NCBI GenBank assembly: GCA_964016885.1
Contig: OZ024743.1
Location: 77,500,001-77,564,000 of the forward strand
Length of the DNA: 64,000 bases
From: Eledone cirrhosa
Taxonomy: Eukaryota
Reading direction: 5' to 3'
A model generated the notes under the pieces. It saw only the letters and a program-made list of their open reading frames with translations. It ran no database searches and was not told the origin of the DNA. Below, piece after piece: positions 55,570 through 64,000 of the stretch (position 1 is the stretch's first letter; each line of letters opens with the position of its first letter). The position numbers were made by a program, and so were the translations under genes.

Positions 55570-56351
55570 CGTGTATGTATAATAAGCTGACGGAACTAGC
55601 ATGGGCATCACTGTTAGGACCGGTTGTATCTCAGCGTACTCAATAGGTAATGTTAAATAATCTATAAATATATATTTAATTATTATTTAATTTATTAATT
55701 CATCATTGAGCCACATCGTGAATGGTTGCCCAAAACATATATATCTATGACTTTGTCTAGTTTGTGTATATGTAAATCTTTATATTTGATAATCTCCCAT
55801 AAGGTTGAGATGCAATTTAGGCAATATCAGGCTGTGCTTTCTAGCAACCATCCCACTCGCTGTAAGGCACCAATCACATTCTTTCTGACTTGACCACTGC
55901 CACGTCACAGTTCTTAGCCATTTTGAATTCGTTTCTGGCGGGGATCATTTAAGAAAAATCTTCGACCAAGTGAGTTTGTTTCCTGATGATTTCGAAGCTC
56001 GAGAATTTATTCTTGATCGGATATTTCCAAAAGCGAATGAAACCCTAAAGGGTAGAAACGTAATCCTTGTATGTTTATATATATTTTTTCTTCTAACTTT
56101 AATTTTATACCTAATTGTGTATGGTTGACGATATATTTAATCGATTTCCACGTGCTATTGAAATGCTGGGTAAATATTCTATAGCTGTTGATCGCGAATA
56201 GATGGGTATCGTTTATTTATCTATTATTTCTTCATAGATGCCTTTTAATCTTATAGCCTGGTTTAATTGTTTTTTGTGTGGTTGATTATGCTGATTGGGA
56301 GAGGAAATGGTGTATATATCTTATCAAATGATTCTATGGACATAATTTATA

Positions 56352-56437
<86 letters not shown>

Positions 56438-56598
56438 ATTTTTTTTTTCTACTAGCATTTTAAAGGGTCCGTCGAGCTGCCGATTATAGAGTCGGATAAG
56501 ATCGATCCAGATCGAACCTTGAGCTGATCAGTGGCGAAACGCGCGTCACCTACCACTAAATGTAATGAAGGAGTAACCAATCGTCCTTGTTATCCTTT

Positions 56599-56680
<82 letters not shown>

Positions 56681-56686
<6 letters not shown>

Positions 56687-57402
56687 AAAAAGAGATGAAA
56701 TCGAAAATGCAACTGGAGTCTTATTTTTTTTTTTTAAATATATATATTTATTTGGTTCCTTTACCGGTTTCGCAGTTCTTCTGCTTTTCAAAAGGTGAGT
56801 TGAGATGGAGGGTCTGTGGTTTTTCTCACATCTGGTTGGTCTCTGAATGTTACTTGTTTTATATGGAAAAAGTGGCTCGAAATGCCAGGTTTTTCGAGAA
56901 GTAATTTGATTGGTTTGTCAATAATTATAATAAATTTCGCGCCAGTTCGCGTTACAATAGTTCTTCAAATAAGAGGGAGGAGAGTTGTCACAGGTTGTTT
57001 TTTCATATATGAGTGTTTGAATTTCTTTTTACTTGAAAAAAGGGGCTCACGAAGGCTTTTTTGGGGTTGGTTATAAATGAAATTATGGCTGTCACGTGAA
57101 CCCCCCTCTTATTTGAAGAACTATTGTAACGCGAACTGGCGCGAAATTTATTATAATTATTGACAAACCAATCAAATTACTTCTCGAAAAACCTGGCATT
57201 TCGAGCCACTTTTTCCATATAAAACAAGTAACATTCAGAGACCAACCAGATGTGAGAAAAACCACAGACCCTCCATCTCAACTCACCTTTTGAAAAGCAG
57301 AAGAACTGCGAAACCGGTAAAGGAACCAAATAAATATATATATTTAAAAAAAAAAAAATAAGACTCCAGTTGCATTTTCGATTTCATCTCTTTTTCTTTA
57401 TA
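56681..57402. repeat. Inverted repeat (about 300-bp arms, about 120-bp spacer), PLE pseudo-LTR type, with a hammerhead in each arm
   Basis: 56681-56980 is the reverse complement of 57101-57402. Confidence 0.9.
57286..57323 (+). ncRNA. Hammerhead motif with U3-A8 core (mirror copy 56758-56795 on minus)
   Basis: cctt-TTGAAAA-gcag aagaa ctgc-GAAAC-cg-GTA-aagg; all three stems pair. Confidence 0.7.
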
Positions 57403-57456
57403 CTTTCACTCGTGTAGGACACCTCGGTTATTTTTCATTTTGTAAAAAAACCTCAC

Positions 57457-57519
<63 letters not shown>

Positions 57520-57526
<7 letters not shown>

Positions 57527-60500
57527 ACAGGGAGAAAGAGACGATTATTAGGAAGAAAAACATTTTTTTTCCTTTTTATTTCTTTCTCTCTTTTTTTCTG
57601 GGTTAGAAAATGATTAAAACGAAATGTTTTACTTTGTGTAAAGTGTTAAGGTATTAGTTGATTTATTTATTATTTAACAATGGCATTTATTTATCTATTT
57701 ATATATTTAATAATTGTCTATTACCGGTTTCAACATTTTTATGCATTATCAAATGATAGTGATATATATTAGTGTGGTGTCGCACATGTTAAAGAGAAGG
57801 TGCAGAAAGAATAATGTTATTTACAAACAAGGTTTATGAAGTGAAAAGAAAAAAAAACGAAAAAAAAAATGGGCGTAATGTAGAACATAAAAAGTCAATT
57901 TGAAAGAAAAAATAATGTTATTTACAGGCAGTTCTTGAAGTTAAGCAGATCAAAATATGTTAATATACCAAGAGTGCTTAGTTGATCCATGATTCCATGA
58001 TGGAGGCAAATGGTGGACTGAGGTTTGATATGATTTCCCTTTTTAGAGAGTTAATATGCAGGGGGAAGCAATTCTTGCTGGATGATATTTAATTTATTTA
58101 AGAAAAAGGATTAGGTAGGGTGTGAGGGAGGTAACTCTTGTAAATGTTTGATTGTTTGTTGCAGTTTTAGTTTGGTCCGATATTTAGTGCATTAAGTCGA
58201 GGTTGGAATTTGTTAATGAAATATGTTTCCTTATTGGTACGATGGATGAAAGTAGCGTTGTCTATGAATTTGTAAATGGGGAAAATTTTAAAGTTTGGAT
58301 GTTGGTTGTGAGCACAATTAGCGATATGTTCACTAAATGCAATCTTTCTGTATTCTTGTATTTTAATTTGTGATTTATGGACGGTCATACGTTGACGGAG
58401 GCTGTTTTTTGTCTGTCCTATGTAGTGCTCTTGACAACCTGAGCAGGTCAAAACATAGATTAGGTTTTCAGATGCACATGTAAAGTTGTGTTTAACTGTG
58501 AAATGTTGTCCTTGTTTAAAATGGAATGTTTAACCTTCTATTAGATTTATGCATATGCCACAGTTGGGCCTTCCGCATTTTGTTACTGTAGGGTTCATTG
58601 TGAGGATGTTTTTTATGGACTTAGGTTGTCTTTTTCTCTTTATGATGTTGTGTGTTTGGAGGATTTTGTTCATTCTTGGGTCTCTTTTTAGTAAAGGAAT
58701 GTTCTGGAGGATGGTGTCGAATGCCTCATTGTTGAGGGGGTTGTGTGTGGAGATGTATGGTAGAGTTTTTTGTGGCGGTTCATTCCTGGGCTTTGGGTGT
58801 CTGAGTTCCTGGATGTCTAGTTTTACGGCACGTTGGAATCCATTGGTGATTAGGGATGGTGGGTAGTTTCTGCTGATAAGTGTGTTTTTTAATTCTTCTA
58901 GTCGTGTGTAGCACGTGTATTTATCTGAAACTATTGTGCAGATCCTTCTGGCGAGGTTATAAGGAATTGCCATTTTGGTGTGTCTAGGGTGGCACGAGTT
59001 GAATGGGAGGTATTGTTTGGAGTCTGTGGGTTTGCAGTATATGTCTGTTTCTATTTTGTTGCTTGTTTTCTTGATGAGGATGTCGAGGAAAGGGAGTTGT
59101 TCATGGCTGTAATCCATTGTGAATTGTAAGTTTGTGTTGAGTCCATTCAGAAGGGTTTTAAACTCAAATAGCCTATCTATACTTTTATGCCAGAGGATGA
59201 AGCAGTCGTCCAGATATCTCTTCCAGTTCTTTTCTATGTGTTGGTAGAAGTGGTTGCCGTATTTGTCTAGAACTTTGCAGTAGAGAGTGGTTTCCAAAAA
59301 TCCCATGACAAGGTTGGCGTATGAGGGGGCTACTTTCGTGCCCGTGGCAGTCCCAGATTTCTGTCTGTAGTATTTGGCATTGGATTCGAAGAAATTGTTT
59401 TCCAAGATGAATTTGAGTCCCTCCAACACAAATTCTTTAGGGATGCGCTGTGGGAGTTCCATAGGGAAATTTTCAAGCCAGAATTGTATTGCCTCTATAC
59501 CTAGGTTGTGTGGGATATTGGAATATAAATTGATGACATCAAAGGTTACTAGTAGGGTATGTTAATTATTGATTGTTGTTAGGAGGTGGTTGAGCATGTC
59601 AAGGTCGTCCCTTATGAAGCTTTTTATGGGTTTTAGGAAAGGTTTAAGCAGAATATCTAGGAAGTTGCTTAGGCGGTGGGTTTCACATGTGGTGCCTGCT
59701 ATTATGGGTCTTAATTTAAGGTCATCAGGAGGGGCTATATTGATGTAAACGTCTGTGGCTTGCTTGCAGGCCCTACCTATTACTTTGCTTTTGTGTGCCT
59801 TTGGGATACCGTAGAAGAGGCTGGTTCTGCTTTTGAAATTGGTGATGTAGTTGTATTCCTTGTCTGTAAGACCTTCTTTGTAAAGGGTTGTTAGGGATTT
59901 TAGGTTTCTCATTATTTTCTGTTGTGTGTAGTGTTGGGCCTTTTCATAATATGTTAGGTTTTATAGAGTTGAGAGTACTAGAGTTGTGTAATAATCTGTC
60001 TCCATAAGGACTACTGCACTCCCTTTATCTGCCTCTTTGATTGTTAGGGTTTTGTCGTTTTTTAGACTGTTAAGACCATTCCATTCTTTTTTGCTTAGGT
60101 TTGGTTTTTGTTTATGTCTGTGTAGGTGGTGGTATGGGTAATTAGTAATGTGTTCGCAGAATTGATCGAGGAATTTGTTCTTGCCTTTTGGTGGGATGTA
60201 GTTGCTTCTATTTCTGGCTATTGAGTCATCCTCATTGTATTTGTCGTATAGTTGTTCGCTGAGTCTTAGCTTTCTACAGAATTCTGCAATATCTTCCTTC
60301 ATTTCGGGGTAGTTTGGTTGTTGGGGAGTTGGTGTAAATTTTAGACCTTTGGAGAGTATGTTGATTTGGTCTCTTGTTAATTCTTTAGAGGTTAAATTGA
60401 CAATTTTTATTGCATTTTTTGTCTCCTGCGTGTTTTGTGTTATCTTGTTATCCCGTGTCTGTGTGCTGTGTCTAAAAAATGATTACGGAAGTTGTGATGG

Positions 60501-61466
60501 CTGTTGAAGTTTGGATGTCTCTTATAGTTGTATTGGCCCTTACTGTTGTTGTAAGATGGTGTGTAGCTGTGGTAGTTGTTGAGTTTAGGTTGTATCGTGT
60601 GGTTGTATTGAGCCCTGCTGATGTTGTTGTAGGGTGTATAGATTTGATGGACGTGGTTATAGGGTGTGAAGTTATGGTGGTTGTTGAAGTTGGGTGGTAT
60701 CGTATGTTTCTACTGAGCACTGCTGTTGTTGTACGGCGTGTAGACTTGGTGGTAGTTGTAGTAGGGTTGTCTTGTGTGGTTATATTGAGTCCTGTTGTTG
60801 CTGTTATATGGTGTGTAGCTATGGTGGCTGTAGTGGTTAGGGTGTCTCGTGTGGTTGTATTGTCCCCTGTTGGTGTTGTTGTAGTAGGATGTGGTTAGTG
60901 GGGGAGGGTATATTAGGGTTTCCTTATAGCTGGTGTGTGGTTGTGAGGCCCTGTGTGACGTGTGGTAGTTGTGTATTTTGGGTTCTATGTTGGAAGTAAT
61001 GATTGTTGTGGGTTTGTTGTGAGGGGATGTTAAGGGGTTGTAGGTGTGGGGGATTTTATGGTTTCTCCTAGTGGGAGAGAAGTTGTAGGTCTATCTTGTA
61101 GCTGATATTTCACTATTACTATATTTGTTGCTTGGGAGTCCGTGTGGTAGTTGTGTGGAGGATGTAGGAGGTAGGGGCGAGGTGCATAAATCTAATAGAA
61201 GGTTCAACATTCCATTTTAAACAAGGACAACATTTCAGTTAATCACAACTTTACATGTGCATCTGAAAACCTAATCTATGTTTTGACCTGCTCAGGTTGT
61301 CAAGAGCACTACATTTCGTTTTAATCATTTTCTAACTAATACCTTAACACTTCACACAAAGTGAAACATTTCGTTTTAATCATTTTCTAACCCAGAAAAA
61401 AGAGAGAAATAAATAAAAAAGGAAAAAAAATATTTTTCTTCCTAATAATCGTCTCTTTCTCCCTGT

Positions 61467-61472
<6 letters not shown>
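57520..61472 (-). mobile_element. Near full-length Neptune-like PLE (RT + GIY-YIG), frameshifted, with a mosaic inverted 5' end, between (TA)n tracts
   Basis: KEADKGSAVV, FYGIPKAHK, LRPII, GTATGTKVAPSYANL, KRYLDDCF, CGRPNCGIC, YIGQT; 61191-61313 and 61314-61472 are inverted copies of 58420-58545 and 57520-57660. Confidence 0.92.
57718..57759 (-). ncRNA. Degenerate hammerhead motif with U3-A8 core
   Basis: Minus strand: ctatcat-TTGATAA-tgcat aaaa atgtt-GAAAC-cg-GTA-atag. Confidence 0.5.
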
Positions 61473-61516
<44 letters not shown>

Positions 61517-61540
61517 TAACTCGTGTGCTTCCTCTCCACA

Positions 61541-61603
<63 letters not shown>

Positions 61604-61757
61604 AGTAGGTTTTGAAACAGTGAGCAGGTTTGAAATTAGAAAATAGAATAGCTTTCACCCGTATTTTTGACGTACGTCAATACTCATCTTTTTCCATTTA
61701 TCTGAGGGTTCTAAACCCCATTATCAGGCTAACATTCCTATAGTCAAAAATACGGTG

Positions 61758-61800
<43 letters not shown>

Positions 61801-61805
<5 letters not shown>

Positions 61806-62447
61806 TAAGAGCAGAACAAACAAACATTAAACAATTCCTTAAAAACTTTTTAAAAATGATTTAAATGTTTACCCGTTCAATAATGCTATTACCGGCGGTT
61901 TCGCTTTACAAAAGGTTAGAGATTCGGAGAATTTCTAACGGAAAAGTAAAGTTCATCATTTAGCTATTTCCATACAGTAGGAAACTAGTCCCACATTCTG
62001 CAAAGTATATTGCAAACTACCAGTGTGAGTAAGGCCGTTAGAATGACCCACACATGAACTGGCCACTAGAAAAAGCGGGAAATATTACAGACTCGTTGAA
62101 GGCTATTCTGCTAAAAAATAGCAGTAAGCAGCAACGAAATTTTTCTCAACGAGTCTATAATATTTCCAGCTTTTTCTAGTGGCCAGTTCATGTGTGGGTC
62201 ATTCTAACGGCCTTACTCACACTAGCTGGTAGTTGGCAATATATTTGCAGGCTGTGGGACTAGTTCTTACTGTATGGAAATAGCTATCTGATGAACTTTA
62301 CATTTCCGTTAGAAATTCTCCGGATCTCTAACCTTTTGTAAAGCGAAACCGCCGGTAATAGCATTATGAACGGGTAAATATTTAAATCATTTTTTAAATT
62401 TTTTAAAGGAATTGTTTAATCTTTGTTTGCTCTGCTCTTCTTAATTT
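61801..62447. repeat. About 650-bp palindrome next to (TA)n, with a hammerhead in the right arm
   Basis: Arms are reverse complements around about 62130. Confidence 0.9.
62283..62362 (+). ncRNA. Type I hammerhead motif with extended stem II
   Basis: gctat-CTGATGA-actttaca[...]tgtaaagc-GAAAC-cgccg-GTA-atagc; the mirror copy at about 61885-61960 has a mutated core. Confidence 0.7.
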
Positions 62448-62689
62448 TTATAGTTTTGGTATCTCGAATTAGTACCATTGAACACCAATTATATTATAAA
62501 TACACTATATATCTCTATGGGTACTTAGTACTCAGAGAGATATTTACCTCATTATATATATATATATATATAGTTATAATAAATGTGAAGACTAAAATTC
62601 GTAACGATATATGATAAGGGCGAAAGCAGCGATTCTTTGCTTAAACTTTAACCTGTACTTGTGATGACACACATATATATATATATCAC

Positions 62690-62935
62690 CTTGATCACCT
62701 TGACCGACCAGTCTGTCGGGCGCCAATCGGCGCAGCTGGTTACAGCACGTAGTGCTGTTTTAGCCATAAGATAACGCCATCCCACTTCTGGGCGGGCAGG
62801 CCAGTACTCATTTCTACAGCTGAGTAAACTGGAGCAACGTGAAATAAACTGGAAACAACACATCACCCGGTCCGAGAATTGAACCCACAACCTTTCGATT
62901 GCAAGCCCAATGCTCTAACCACTAAGCCATGCGCC

Positions 62936-62940
<5 letters not shown>
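62690..62940 (-). mobile_element. tRNA-derived SINE
   Basis: Head gaaggcgcatggcttagtggttagagc...gtgggttcaattctcgg, followed by a ctcagctgtagaaatgagtac core. Confidence 0.8.
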
Positions 62941-63010
<70 letters not shown>

Positions 63011-63030
63011 GTATATATATATATGTATAT

Positions 63031-63150
63031 ATATAGAAATTACATGAATCAAAGTTCAGTTTAAATCATTTATTTGCTTACAATTGTTTCCTCCAAATTG
63101 TAAGCAAATAAATGATTTAAACTGAACTTTGATTCATGTAATTTCTATAT
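63031..63150. repeat. Perfect hairpin (about 55-bp arms)
   Basis: atatagaaattacatg...tacaatt / aattgtaagc...catgtaatttctatat. Confidence 0.9.
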
Positions 63151-63309
63151 AACTGCCCTGTAAAACAACTGATGCTATTACATTGAGTTATTTATCTTAC
63201 TGGTAATAAGATAGTAATGAATTACTGTCTTTCACTATTTAGGGTTTAAAATATATATAACTATATAAGGTTTTATTATATACATAACCATAAATAGTAT
63301 CCTTAATAC

Positions 63310-63389
<80 letters not shown>

Positions 63390-63393
<4 letters not shown>

Positions 63394-63503
63394 AACAAGT
63401 AAGACCCCGACGGCTGAGCTCAAGCCGTTTCGACGGCTAATTCTGGACAGAATTAGCCGTCGAAACGGCTTGAGCTCAGCCGTCGGGGTCTTACTTGTTC
63501 CTA
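63390..63503. repeat. Perfect hairpin (55-bp arms, 4-nt loop) next to (TA)n
   Basis: taggaacaagtaagaccccgacgg...aattct ggac agaatt...ccgtcggggtcttacttgttccta. Confidence 0.92.
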
Positions 63504-63580
63504 TTACCCACTCTACTACCCTAAGTATTGAGTACTTTGGTGCGTTATGGTCCACCTGGTTCCTTACCACATTTCCTTCG

Positions 63581-63616
<36 letters not shown>

Positions 63617-63719
63617 TTATTAAAATAACAGATTAAAGTTTAAGCAAAGAATCGCTGCTTTCACCCTTAACGGGATTTTCTGAAACTAACAAAGTCAATC
63701 TGCGAACGCAGAAGTGAAT

Positions 63720-64000
63720 ATTTCAAAAAACGTTGCAACCGGAGGAAGACAGGAAGACGATACTTTGGTTTGTGGAAACGTTCCCTGGCAAAGAACGGGA
63801 AAAAACGAATATAATACGTCATTATTTGGAACGGTGAAAAACAATTGCACGCAAAGACAAGACCACGTTTATGGCATAAAAGAAGTCGTAGACTAATATT
63901 CTCTTAGGTGATTCATAGAGACGTTCTCTGGCAATGAACGGAAAAAACGAAGATAATACGTCATATGTGGAGAGAGGAGAACAATTGCACGCAAAGACAA
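63720..64000. repeat. Start of an about 140-bp tandem repeat (runs off the right edge)
   Basis: acgtt..ctggcaa.gaacgg.aaaaaacgaa.ataatacgtcat...aacaattgcacgcaaagacaa ends at both 63860 and 64000. Confidence 0.75.

Noticed and set aside
62870-62940. tRNA gene
   Set aside because: The tRNA-like head continues into a SINE body, and there is no clean acceptor stem or terminator.

Overview
Repeat-dense, AT-rich animal genomic DNA. The SINE, MITE and LINE repertoire looks like an octopod cephalopod; this is an inference from recalled repeat families, not a database result. The only host gene I can support is the 3' part of MRPS9 (mitochondrial ribosomal protein uS9m): 7 coding exons on the + strand, 1668-14363, all with GT-AG borders and consistent phase, and introns filled with minisatellites. 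The rest is retroelements: RTE LINEs (one nearly full length with C-terminal C2H2 fingers), a Tx1/L1-clade LINE, an R4/Dong-like LINE, a CRE-like fragment fused to a 4.2-kb satellite, several Penelope-like elements (PLEs), a non-autonomous LTR element, a non-autonomous Helitron, piggyBac-like MITEs and SINEs. Three signals stand out. (1) At least 11 hammerhead-ribozyme motifs in PLE-type termini, including U3-A8 core variants, together with a series of (TA)n-anchored fold-back palindromes. (2) The LTR element's primer-binding site copies about 32 nt of tRNA-Trp, with an A>T change exactly at m1A58, followed by a second LTR-end/PBS remnant. (3) Its LTRs differ only in U5. The long ORFs in tandem repeats and microsatellites are artefacts.
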